In this document: positions 30,469 through 49,900 of the stretch, in pieces
Position numbering within the stretch: position 1 is the first letter of the stretch
How the letters are laid out: each line of letters begins with the position of its first letter
Assembly: GCA_964057225.1 (NCBI GenBank)
Contig: OZ059898.1
Span: 15,004,001-15,068,000, forward strand
From: Auanema rhodensis
Lineage: Eukaryota > Animalia > Nematoda
Direction: 5' to 3'
DNA length: 64,000 nucleotides
Program-made: the position numbers and the translations under genes
Notes under the pieces: model-generated
Databases searched by the model: none
What the model was told of the DNA's origin: nothing
The model's input: only the letters and a program-made list of their open reading frames with translations

Positions 30469-32457
30469 GTTTTATTTTTATTTTTTAATTATTATATGTA
30501 TTCAAATTAATATGATTAGTAAATGAGATGTAGTCTCAAGGTTCGTTGAAGGAAAGTATACGAATGAGAAAGGGATGGCGGGACCATGAACTTGAAAATG
30601 TTCTTATCACTAAGGATCATATCTAGCTCTTCTACCAGTATTCAGACTCTGTCACACATCGTCCTGATTGAAAGAGGATTAAACCTCTGATTACATGATA
30701 TAGTCGGGGTTCGGTGAATAGATATGTATTGAAGAAAAGAATTTTACGTCTAATATCTCTTAAGTAACAGGATTATAGTTAATTTTAGTAGATTCACAAT
30801 ACATAATATGATTTAAGTTTATAAAAGAATTCTCAAATATACATAAGAAAAATAAAAATATTGATGTTAAATATCAAAAAAACTGAAGTGATATCTATGT
30901 GAAAATCATATATTTATCAGACGAAACCCAATAAGGAAATCAAATCATAGAACATTTGAGATATACAGAAAGGCAGGCATGTTAGATGAAAGAACCGGTT
31001 AATTTCCGCAAAAACACTGTAACCTTGATTCTCTGTGGTTAGTCTAATCTTGAAAATTATAATTTTTATTCATTTTTCTATAATTTTTCAAACTATTCAT
31101 TAGATATATTATAATTTTATTTTTATTTATATCTGTTAGTTGCTATTTTTCTTTATTTTTTAAATAATAAAATGAAAAATAAGTTAATTATATTGTGAAA
31201 TATCTTAATGATGTTATCAGAATTTAATTTATGTAATATTTAATTTCACAATCATATTGTTTTAACTTTAAAAAAAGCCATAAAATATCTTCTTTTCTTA
31301 AGTTTTTATCTAATTTGTCGGAATTGTCCACTTTTCTCTTAAGTTTATTTCTTTTTCTTTTTTTTTCTGAAAATAAAATGAATTAAACTTCACTAATTAC
31401 ATATTAATACAAAGATATTCTTGTATTTTTAATGTGAAAAATCTTTTTTCCCCTTAAAATCTAATGTGTATTGGTAGATTAATGATTTTCTCTTGAAAAT
31501 CACCCGAAATGTTTGGAAATGTCTTTCTGATTCAGAAAGAGTGTAAAGCTGTAGTTCTGACTGTGATGAACTTCATGATGCAATGATTCAAAACTCAGCT
31601 GATCTTCGAATTTCTTTTCAAACTTTATTCAAAAGGAAGTATTCATGTAGTTAGACCAGCTGTGATGTATGAAGTTAACCAGATATGAGTACAGATTTGA
31701 GTTTTATCCTTTTCGAATTACTTACTTACAATCTCATTTTCTTTCTTTCAGCTATTTTTTATTAGAAAACATTCATTTTCCCAACAAATCGAAATGATTT
31801 TCTCAACAAATCGGTTGAAACCAATTTATTGACACCTCCATATCCTTTTGGCTTGAGGCTCAAAGAAATTCTGGGTCAAACCAAGATGTTTATCTGCTCT
31901 CTTCATCCTTCGTTTCCCCTCTCTCTGTCCTCGTCACCCATACACATACACCACCACCAACCAACAGTCTGTCTGTCGGTCGGCGATTGGTGTGACCGAT
32001 GGCGGAAAAATCTTTCGACAACAGCCCTCATTCCTCTCGTTTCTAATCCCGTCAATCTGATGACATGTTCTGCCTGTTTAAGGTTGTTTTAGTAGCATAT
32101 GCTCATACGATTCTAAGAGTTTTTCCTTCTGATTCACCAGTTTTCAACGTGAAACGGCAAAGTGTCTATTACAAATGTTAATATTTTCACGAAATAATTA
32201 TATTTTCATAGTTTAATCAATTATTTTTCTTTATATTTATGTATTTTTTTATAATATTTGTGTTTATCCCACTTAAATATTCTCACAACATCGTTAAACT
32301 TTAATAAAACTTTACTAACAGGCGTGCTATTTCATGTTTTTTTGCTTTGCATTTCAAAACAAAAAGAAACAATTCTTATTCTATCTTCTACTATTCTTCT
32401 GGTTATTCCTTCAAAATGTTTTCAGTAAGTGACTTATCAGGAAATTCGATTGATAAA

Positions 32458-34049
32458 ATGGGAAAAAAGAGTCGAGCAAGAAAACGTGCTGGTAAGTTAC
32501 TTTCCAAGACTATTTTTTTCTTTTTTTCTTCTGTTTTCATTCATTTTCTTCTTTACTCAGCCTCTTCCACTTTTCCATCCTTCTAACCTTCTTCTTCTAG
32601 TACTTCTTTCAATCACTTTCTTATATTTACTTCGTTCGCAGAATCTCGTCGTGCGGCTCGTGAAAACGAGTCACAGCCACAAGACTCTGACTCTGTTGTC
32701 GACGAATCCGTAGACGATGCCGGTCTGGCTAATTCAGACTTGACGTCAGACGAATATTCCGATCAGCTGAGTCCTGCCATGGAGTTTTACGATTCATCAC
32801 AATCTCCAGTATGTTTCATATCTTCATGTTCTGTGCAAGCAAGATGTTGTTGCAGGCTGATTTTACCGCACTTCGTCCATCTAGATTGCCAATTCGTGTA
32901 ACTGCGCTTCCATTGAGTTGCGGTTGGTCGATCAGTTGCTTACTCCATCATCAACCAATCATGATTTCAGGCTCGTCACCAACGTCATCACCGAGATCAC
33001 CTATACTTGCAGGAGACAAGAAGTGAGCACAATTGGCTGAAAAGCTATCTTCTCTTCACAACTTTACATGTTTTCTTTTCAGATCTCGCATTCCTCGTCT
33101 CATATCTTTACGTGAACTCATCAAAACAAGATCTGGTTACAACAGCGAGGTGATTTTAACAATTTCTCAAAGAAAATACAAAAATCCACTTGTAAAATCG
33201 AATGAATGAGTTGGCTTAGCTAGCTCCATTAGCCAGACATCCAGATGATCTTGTCAATCGAAACAATAGACGTGAATGGATTTTTGTGTGATTCAGAATC
33301 ATTTCATGTCTTCGTTCATAGACGTTATTCCTTTGTTTCAGACAAGTGATGAATCACATCTGGAAGTGAGTAGTGAGATCTGCCATTAACAAAGCCAATG
33401 TGTGTTGTGTTGTGTGTTCGTCCTAATAGTTTTCATTTTCTTCTATCCCTTCCAATATTCCTCGTACGTCGTCCTTCATATGATCATGTTACTGTTTTTT
33501 CACTCACTTATTGTTTCTCACCTCTACTATCATTCTGCTCTTCTAATCACAAACTAATTCACAAACACCCACAGATTTTACTTATCACTGCTTTTCTTTT
33601 CACACGAAATAACAGATTGAACTAAAAAAACATTTCGTTTTGAGACATTCAACGACAATCTTGTGGCTAACAACAACAACGACGACGACAACGACGACGA
33701 CGAAGCCAACGACGCTGACACTGAAGCTGACACTTCTTCATCTGAAGACGATACTGCTGTTCCTGAACATGTTTACCAAGCCAATATCAGTTGTGATGTA
33801 ACTTCTAGACAAGCTATCCCCTCAGTCTTTACCTCCAAAACCTCTGCAACACTGGAGGCCTCTAAAGCTAATGCAGTCTCTTCGTCTACTTCTGCTTCTT
33901 TTTCATCTTCTACTACGCTAATCCCTCTTACTGGTGATGGTCAATTACTAAAAATGCCTTCTTCTCAAATGCGTCCATTGTGGGATACATTGGATTTAAG
34001 TTTTACTTTATGTTGTTCCAAGATAGCATTTAATCGGTTCATATTGTGA
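32458..34049 (+). CDS. Uncharacterised low-complexity Ser/Asp-rich protein with SxIP-like motifs; 3' exon junction uncertain
   Basis: ATG at 32458 after a TTTTCAG acceptor. Six exons with canonical, phase-compatible sites give MGKKSRARKRAESRRAARENESQPQDSDSVVDE...PSRLPIR...SSPTSSPRSP...KSRIPRLISLRELIKTRSGYNSE TSDESHLE. An acidic/Ser-rich ORF follows to 34049. Confidence 0.7.
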
Positions 34050-34322
34050 TTATTATTGTACAAAAATATTTTATTCATTAAATTTTTATGAAAAAAAACA
34101 ATGAGAGAAGATAAATGAATTATAAAAGAAAATGTTAAAATATTAATTATATGTAATATAATAAATTAATAATTTTATATTTATATAATATATAATTATA
34201 TAATAAAATTAATATTACACTCGATTCACCCGGAATGATTAATGGAATTCAATAATAGAAAATGCGTTTGTTTGCAAATATTTTCACAAAACTTGTTGTT
34301 GTTGTTGTTGTTTCAAACGATA

Positions 34323-35233
34323 TTAAAGCAGTTGAAGTAGATTTTTAGGTAAAATGTATTGAATCATATCGATGGCCATTGTTAAGCTTAATGGAAGATT
34401 CAGCTCTTCCGGATTAGCATCAGCCATGAAGTAGTCTTGAATCCATCTTGTATACTATAATATTTTATATTTTTATATTATACATATATAGTTAAAATAT
34501 TTGTAAACCTGGAAGTATGTTGCAGTTATAGTTTTACTTGGCTTGTATACAGAATGACATGAAGCTATAATTCCATTGACATTAATCTGAAACATGAAAG
34601 AATCATATTCGTTCATTTATTTTCGAAATTACCGTTGAACTGGATGTAAATGGAGCATATATTCCACGTTCAACTACAGTATCAATTGAAATTACTTTCA
34701 TCTTTTCAACTCTACTATAAACTCCTTTTCTAACTTTATATAAGCAATCTCCAATCTTTACTTCTTCAGCAAAGACAGGCTTAGTAGGTACTGAGGTGAC
34801 GTCAACCTAAACATTGAAGTAATTCATCTTTCTCTTTCATATCACATACTGTTTCAGATTGATCACAACTTGATTTGAAAATATAATGTTTATCTGTAAT
34901 CTTAAGAGATGTTCCATCTTCTAATGATAATCTGAAATGAACGAATCAACTTTTTGTTTCAGATATTTGAAATTTTTCTATAAAACTTACACCAAAAACT
35001 CTGCTTTCTGCTCAGGCATACGGTGCAACCATACTGCAACTGGTCCGTAAACGATCTAAACACTGCTTTATAGAAGATGTTGCATATTCGAACTAACATT
35101 ATCATTTTCGATTTGTTGAACCCAATCGTTCAGTTTCAATGCATCCATTCTCTTTGTTTCACCAGACAGAGTTACAACCTGAAATAAGCTGGTTCAGTTT
35201 CACACAAAGAGGTAAGGAATAAGAGAGTCAGAG

Positions 35234-35275
<42 letters not shown>

Positions 35276-37902
35276 TGTGTACCTCTGTATCAGCACTGAA
35301 ACAGTAATATGATGATTTTGCTGGATAATAATAATATTGTTGAGCTGGAGCAGGAGCTGGAGCATAGTTAGGCTGTGGTGCAGCGACGTATCCAGTTTGT
35401 GGAGGTGCTGCATAGCTATTTGGTGGAGTGGCATATCCTGCTGGTCGTGGATAAGATGGCTGTTGAGCATATGAGTTTGATAGGTAAGCATCAGATGGAG
35501 GTGGAGGTGGAATAGCTTGCTGATATTGGCCATTGTATGAAGCACTGTTATGAGCCTGAATAACATATTCTTTGAAAATGGAATAATTGAAACTGAACAT
35601 ACTAAGTATTCAGATGCTGCAGCAGATAATCCATTGTTGTTGTAACTAGAATCCTAAAAGTTGGAATGATCAGACTAAGCTTGTGAGCCATTTTCAAACC
35701 TCATTTAAGATATTTTCTGGAGCAGAAACTTGATCTTCTGTGAATGGTCCTTCGATGACGGTCTGAAGAAACAAGTTCTGATTATGATAGATGTAAAGCT
35801 TAGCAAGCACCTTTGAACTTGGAACTTCCTTTTCGCTGATTTCAACAATATGGTCATTGGCTTCATAGGTATTTGCCTGGAAGGCAATTCGCTTAGCATT
35901 TAAGTATTTTTTTTGGAGAAGCTTAGGTGATGGAACTGAAAATCTTAAGTTTACAAAGGATTTATGATGAGAGCAGACATACTTCTTGGATTTTTCTTTT
36001 TTGGAGAACATTCAAAACGACGAACTGAAACCTCATAGATGGCTTCACCATCAACATCAACAGCTCGTCCAATATCAGCAATATAATCAAAAGAAGTTTG
36101 TTTTCCGTGATTTGTAACCTTAAAAAAGTTTTTTTTTTTAATTTTGTCTTTATTTGTGTGTTAATTACTTCACCACCAATAACAATTTGGCCTCCACGAA
36201 GTGTTGCTATTCCTCGATCAACTGATTGATATAAAGGTTCAATAGAACAACAACGAAGTTTAAGTCTAAAAGATAAAATATTTTAATCTTCTTGGCTAGT
36301 AATTGAAGATTAATTGAATTCATGAAACATACGGCGACGAGATGTTAAACTGAGGAGATATTCCAGCTACCCATTGATATGTTGAATCACAATTTGGGGA
36401 ATCAAATTCTTCAGAACAATCCTAAAATTAAATTGATTATATAAAGATTATCTTGTTTTTCCACTTACAGCTTTGCTTAGATGGTAACGTGCCAACTCTG
36501 TTGGATCAAAAGGATCAACGGAAGTTACTCCAGCTCTCATAAATCCATCCGATTGAGTATCAATTCTGAAATCAACACAATTATCTCAGATTCAAGTTAA
36601 ACTGCTTCCAACTTGAAGAAACGAGCATCATGTGTTGATGGATTTCCCTCTTCATTCCATCCAAAGCAGACTGGTCGGGCACATCCAAGAATTGGCTGAC
36701 CGTTTGGCAAAATCTGAAAAATGAGAATTCATGTTCAGTATTAGCATAACATCATTATAGCTTAAAGGTCACGTATAGCGTGTAGGTAAGACCGAAAGGT
36801 CACGTATAGCCTGTAGGTAAGGCTGAAAGGTCACGTATAGCCTGTAGGTAAGACCGAAAGGTCACGTATAGCCCTCAGGGTAAATTACAACAAGTCACGA
36901 CCTACAGTACATCTCATAGCAACTATCCGCACTCATTCTAACTTCAAATAAAAAAAAAGTTTCAAAGGAAATGTAGATTGGCTTTACGCAATTTTGATTA
37001 TATTGTTCAAGTATCTGAAGAATCTATGTCATATAGCTAACTATAAATGTTTCAAAGATCTTCAATACCTCTTGCAATTATCTCGAAATTTAGTTCAAAC
37101 ATTGGATAATCAGACCAATCATTTCAACATTCTCTATATATTTAAGAGATTATATTAGAGATTTCTCAAGATATATGTATGTAATTGCAGCAGTTTTCGT
37201 TATGTATATCCGTTTTCTGAAGTGTTAATTAGTCAAATAACCCCCTCCCCCTCTTCCCCCCTCTCTCTCTCTATCTCTCTTGTTCTCACTGTCACTTGTA
37301 AGTTTCTTTTTTCTTTTTCGATTTTTGATCTTTTTCGTCGAACTGTTACTGTATTTGTTTCAATTCCATAAAAACGAACGTTTAAAACCCAAAAAAAAAG
37401 CGAATGAAACGAATAGATACATGTCATTTGCGCAATTGCTCATTTATATAAATTTTCATTACTTTTCTCTTTCTATCTTAAAAGAAAACCTGAGAGTGAA
37501 AATGTTTGATGAAGGCTGAGAAAATATTCCTCATTCAGGTCATTCCCTTTCTTTGTAATTTTTCTTTATTTTTTTCCTTTTCCAACTAAAATTCAAAACT
37601 CAAGACCAAAGATGAACTGATTAGACACATATTAAGCTGGCTTCTCATTCATTTTAACATTAATATTGAGAAAAATGGAGAGTTTTTGCATAAAGTGAGA
37701 TAAATATTTTGAAAATTTTCGTCAAATTCTATACTTTTTTTGAAGAAGAAACAGGTGAAATTTGCAATATTCTCATTTAAATTGAAAAAGAAAACAGATC
37801 ACCTACCTCAACACTAAATGGAATAGCTGATTCTCCGCAGAATGAAGCATATGATGTCGTAGATAGAAGTACAATAACAATTGAAAACGATTTTAAAATC
37901 AT
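34323..37902 (-). CDS. Warthog (hedgehog-related) protein: signal peptide, Wart domain, Pro/Tyr/Gln linker and Hint (Hog) autoprocessing domain
   Basis: MILKSFSIVIVLLSTTSYASFCGESAIPFSVE|ILPNGQPILGCARPVCFGW (Wart domain). Hint motifs YYCFSADTE, WLHRMPEQKAEF, LKITDKHYIF, VFAEEVKIGDCL, GIYAPFTSSSTINVNGIIASCHS. Stop at 34323-34325. The exact wrt paralogue cannot be assigned by eye. Confidence 0.93.
35237..35272. repeat. (GA)n microsatellite in the warthog intron following the CFSADTE exon
   Basis: Perfect GA run. Confidence 0.95.
36764..36873. repeat. 31-bp minisatellite, about 3.5 copies, in intron 1 of the warthog gene
   Basis: Unit AAAGGTCACGTATAGCCTGTAGGTAAGACCG starts at 36764, 36795 and 36826, with a partial copy at 36857. 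Only 3 substitutions in total. Confidence 0.95.
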
Positions 37903-40363
37903 TGTAAATGTGTGAACGTCTGGTGTTGTCAGGCTCTTGACGATGATAGTTAGTTGAATACTATTGACTAAAAGAATATTAAATCTGAATTCTTATATAA
38001 GAGACTTAAGAAGAAAATGAAAAACTTGAAAACTTCAAAACATATAGGCATATGCAAGATACTTCCTTATAACGAGGAAGCTAGCTTATGTTATAAACCA
38101 AATATTCTATTAATTTATCATGAAATAGATAATTTAAAAGATGAAACATCACTTTTTTTAAATGGATAAGTCGAGATATGCTACTGAAAACGGCAAAAAG
38201 TCATGTTCAAGCTTATCGAGCAAACACAAAATCACAGAATCCAGCTTTAACGCGCATGATACCGTAAGAAAAACAGGCATCACCTCACCTATACGGCGTC
38301 AAGAATGTTGGACAGCTGTGATTCATGTCTCATCCTAAGCTATTTTATGCCGTAACGCACTTTATAAACTTTCTGGATTTACCTGCATAGCACCTCCCCT
38401 TTTCTCTTGAATCTCCTCATCCATTATCATGTCTGCGCAACTTTTTTAAACTCTCAAACTTTTTTTATATCGTAATCTCGCTCTCTACCTTTGTCTTATC
38501 TTTTAGATAGGCGGAGTCTCAACTTTTTATGTTTTGTCTGCGAGATTAAAACTATTAGATTTGTAATATAATAATTGGATATTGAACAGACTTTTCTAAT
38601 AGTATCTCCGTCTTTTTAATAGAAAAAATGATCCTGAAATGATGTTTGAAACACATAAATTAGCAATTTGTTTCCATCTGTATGTGCTTACAATCATTAT
38701 ATACCATTAGCTGATGAGATAGAGACTTTATTCCAATAGCTTTTCATTTTTTTTTGTTTCCGAATTTCTTTTCTTGTTCTTCAATATGCAATTACTTTAT
38801 TTGGATGAAGATATCTCTGCAAATGATAAAGAAGCATCGGCTAAAAAACGCAGATAATGCTTCTCTTAAGCATCATCCTGTTTATCTTAGAGTTTGAAGT
38901 TCAAAATCGTATTGGTTTCTGAACTCTCTGAATCTTAACATTGTTCCTGAAACATCTTGAATGTTTGTTTCTCATCGCATTAACTAAATCGTTTCGATTT
39001 TTTGTTGAAAAGAAAAATGTTTCTAAACGAAAAGATTAAAGTTTATTAAATGTTCAAGAACAGGAAGCTTATCAAGCTTATAAATTTTTTCACAATGACT
39101 TCTGGCTTTTGATGTTCAGCTGGGCAGCATCTGAAATGCTTGTTCACAAAGTACATCTGCATTTGACCAAATCGCCTATCAGAAGATCAGAGGTATACAT
39201 GTACTGTTTATCTATCAAGAGGTTTTGCATCTAGCATCTATTACAAGATAGATATCTCAAAGTTATGATGAATAAGCCAGTTTTCTTGACTGTCTTCTAG
39301 AATTCTGTCTGGGTAGCCGCATCACACAGCATAGCGGACCAATTATCTCTCGAAACTGCATCCGTTGTCTGCGGATGCTAAGGCGGTCAGCTCAACCAAA
39401 AAACGTCTGCGATCACTGAACCTTCTGAATCTCAATATATCGCTAGAATGACGGCTATGTGATCTGAATCATTCGTCATTCGGAAAGGGACGACCCGTCA
39501 GTTTTTCTTTTATGCTAGCATCTCTTCATCAAAATTTCCTGATTTAGAAGAGGAAAGTTTTGATTCGTTGACCTTATAGATAGATCATTATACACTTTGA
39601 ATTCGAAGCAATGTTACATCCTTAATACTTCAGATCTTGAAGTTCTAAAATGAGTTCGAGTTGTTTCTCTTATGTCTTAACGCACGTTCAGTGCAACTCG
39701 ACCGGAAATGGTAAGCATAAATTGCATGTCTTGCTTTGTAAAATAAACGAAAACAAAATTAAAAAAAGCACTATTTACTTGGAGATGTCAATAAATCACA
39801 AGGATAATTTGCACGAAAGATATGAACTTCTGATAAACCCGTTGTAAATACTTATGTAAAAATCACAATTTTGTACATAACTGAATAATAGTTAAAATAT
39901 AATAATAATAATAATAATAGTATAAAACATGCAATTTCTCAACCAATCAGACAAGAGAGAGGGAGAATGGAGCAATGAAAGAATGTCGTTAAAACGTTTT
40001 TTTTTTCAAAAAAAAAAATAGAAAGAGAGTGAGAGACATGGACAGTTGGGCAATTAAAACAAAAATATAAATAAGTAAAACACCTCGTAGATGTGGATTC
40101 GTTTTTCTTCCAAATTTGTACACATACAAACAGACTAATAAAAGAGATAAAAAGAGATAAAAAGAAAGAGAGAGGGGAAGGGAGAGAGAAACACATAATC
40201 AACTTAGGATAGGATAATTCAAAGATATAGCAATGGAAAGAAAAGTCTATCTTGAATTACTGATAAAACAAAAAAATTAAAAATTAAAATAATAAAATCT
40301 AGTTTGCTACTTCCTTATAACTTTTTCTCAAACACTATACACATATAAGCACCCACATATGGA

Positions 40364-46919
<6,556 letters not shown>

Positions 46920-49900
46920 GCTGGATCAATACCTCTCCAACCCAGATTAACCATCAACAGCAGCCCGACCACTTCTAAGCCTTTTCTGGGCAAACCCTTG
47001 CATTGAGAAGCAGATGACAACATCAGATAAGTATAGGAAAGTAGAAACATCATTTAAGACAAGAATATTCTTCAATGTTCGCAAATGTTGTCAATTAAGG
47101 AGAAGAAGAAAAAACGGAAGAAGATTGTACTGCACTTAAAAGGCAAAAATAAGAAAATGGAAAGGTTTTTAGCACATTTAAGCACACATATATAAATATA
47201 TATGAATATACATATCAAAATGAAAAGGAAGGAGTACGAAAGAAAGCGAAATGAATCACAGCAAGCAAGCAGTAGGGGCGATAAGTTCAAGAATCAAAAA
47301 AATGGCCAATATAGATAAGATGTGAATGAATAGCTGCGTGGGAAATTTAAGAGTTGTAGTGTGTATCACAAATGAAACATTTAAACAAATATAAAGAATG
47401 AAAATATTAATAATTAAATAACAACTTAAATTTAAAAATAACTATATTAGTAGAAATAAAAAGACAAATTTAAACCTACTTGATTGTAACTGAACAAAAT
47501 TTTCTACTGATAGAGGAAATTTTGTTGATAACGGGGAATCCATCAATGAATGGCTGAGACAGTCCATTTCGGAGACCATGTGAATAAAAAAGGGGTTAGT
47601 TTAACAGTTAATCCAGTTCCGAAATTGTTGCACTTCTCTAAAAAAAAAAAGAAATGTATTGAACAAAACACAACAACGATCGGCAAAAACAATAGAAAAC
47701 CATGAAAATAAATACTTGAGATGTGTTATCAAGCGACAAAAGAAATGAAAATAAAAAGCAAGATATATACGACAATGAAAAGAACAAGTTTAAAAGAAAT
47801 ACTCAAAAATGACGAGGCATATACTAAAACTCAGTGGAGCCGAATCAATATGGAAAAATTGAGTAAATTAGATGCTACATCGGATAAACAGAACAATGCA
47901 AGTTTTAAAGTTCAATTATAGCCGCTTAAGATTTTTCAGAAATGTATGAGAACAATAGACAACAACTCTGTTGGCTAAGCTTTTTCTTTACTGTTCAACT
48001 ATAAAAGTTTTTCTTTTCTTTAGAATTACAAAATAAATTGAATTAATTGTATTGAGGGAAAAAAACATAGAAAAAGGAAAAATATTTCTGCAAAAAATGA
48101 CGCCAGATGGCCAGAAAGATTGAAAAGGACAGTTGAAACAACTTCTTCAGACGATATAATGGGTGAAAAAGGAAAGATTAGTCGACTCTTTAGGAAAAAA
48201 ATAAATAATTAATGAATTCAATAAGTTTAAATGTAAAGTGCAACATAAGCAAGAGAACAACAGATGAGCTAGGAGCTCTGAACTAAGCCGGAAGTAATCC
48301 AATGGGGATTTTATTCAAAAAATTCTAATATGTATTTAAATTGAAAGAACAACATAAAAATCGAAATACAATAAAAAAAATGAAATTTATACGTGTATAC
48401 GTATAGAAGTATATATATATATATATATATATACTAACAGCTGCGCTCGGATCTAGCATATAGGGCCAAACCTTAGCTATGAAGCATCTGAGAATTGAAT
48501 CGAAAAACTGCTGAGAAGGAAAACAGACATGGGGCTTAGTTGGGCGAATAGGAGCAAGGCTGCAATGAGAAAACTTCATGAAAAGCTTCTATATATGAGA
48601 AATATGGCATAACCACGTCATGATAAAAGTAAGCAAACAGCAATAGAACCGAAATATTATTCAATTTCGTTATCGGTAGTGAATGTTTTGTATTTAAATA
48701 TTAGATGAGAATCAATGATGATTGTTATCTTAAAAAAGTAAAAAATGCTTCTCATTTCGCGCATCAAATTAGTGCAAAAGGAAAAAAAAACATAGAGAAT
48801 ACTAGTTCGCTTTGGATGTGGGGCTATGCGAAGCAGACTAGAACACGCAAGCTAATTTAATGCCAAAGCAGAAAAAGAAGAGCAGTGTCTGGGATCCGCC
48901 TCTACATTTTCGATCAAATAAGGGCATTAAGTTTGACAATGAAGCTCATCAAACAACATTTTCACCTTATTTCGAATGAGCAACTTACTCGCTCTCTCCA
49001 AAAATAAGCGAAAAAAAACGAAAAATAGTTCAAAAACGTGGGACAACGTGGTTCAAATATGAAAGTGAAAAAGAAAACATAAATTTGGTGGTACACAGAT
49101 ATGCAATTATATCAAAACATGTATTTTTTTATAACATTCAGCAACAAAGAGAAGAATAGTACAATAAGCTTTAGAGACTTTGGATTAGAGAGTCGGAGTT
49201 GTTATTAATGTTAAAATGAGATGATTTCACAATAAACAAGAACGTAAATATAACACGAAATAATGAAATAGCGACAGCCTGGAGAGCTAGTGAGTATTCT
49301 GAGCACCACAAGCAAAATGCAAACGTGATTAATTGATTTCTTAGAAGTATAGAAACATCAGTAATATGAAATTACGTTTTGATAAGTTGTAGTATTGGAG
49401 AATTATGCCACAAATGTGAAATCGTTCTCCATCAAGCTCGTGATACCATAGTTACTAACAAGAGAGAGGGAGAGGAAAAGAGAGTGAGCAGCAGCTTCTG
49501 ATATTATGCTTTTTTTCGTGACAAACATGTTGTTTGATCACTAGTAAGATTCAATTCCATTAGAACTAAATGAATAAGCTTCTCAAAACCAAAACTACAG
49601 AAAATGGTATAGAAGTGAATTACAGGTTAAATCGAGAAGACTATACGTTGCTAGTATTATGGAAGAAAACGAATGTTATAATAAATCAATGTTCGTCTGG
49701 CTGTACATGTGAAGATGTGTAAATACGATGCAAAGAAATTAAAACGCAAAATAATTTTAAACATTGTTTTGTTTATATTTAGATAATCTACAGAGCAAAA
49801 TGAAGGTATAACTATAGCTTTTCATCTTGCTAAAGCACCACTACACTAAATGGAGCAAAATTTAAACGGTTCTCATGATAAAGGAAGATGACATTTACTC

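Noticed and set aside
34130-34220. Almost pure A/T stretch
   Set aside because: Ordinary AT-rich termination region between two convergent genes.
36764-36873. CRISPR-like array or c-di-GMP-I riboswitch-like resemblance (GGTAAGACC-GAAA-GGTCACGTATAGCC)
   Set aside because: Head-to-tail repeats with no unique spacers and no cas genes. The second riboswitch hairpin is absent, and the context is a eukaryotic intron.
46974-46982. CTAAGCCT, telomerase-template-like
   Set aside because: An 8-nt match that is antisense to the host gene and has no supporting structure; expected by chance.
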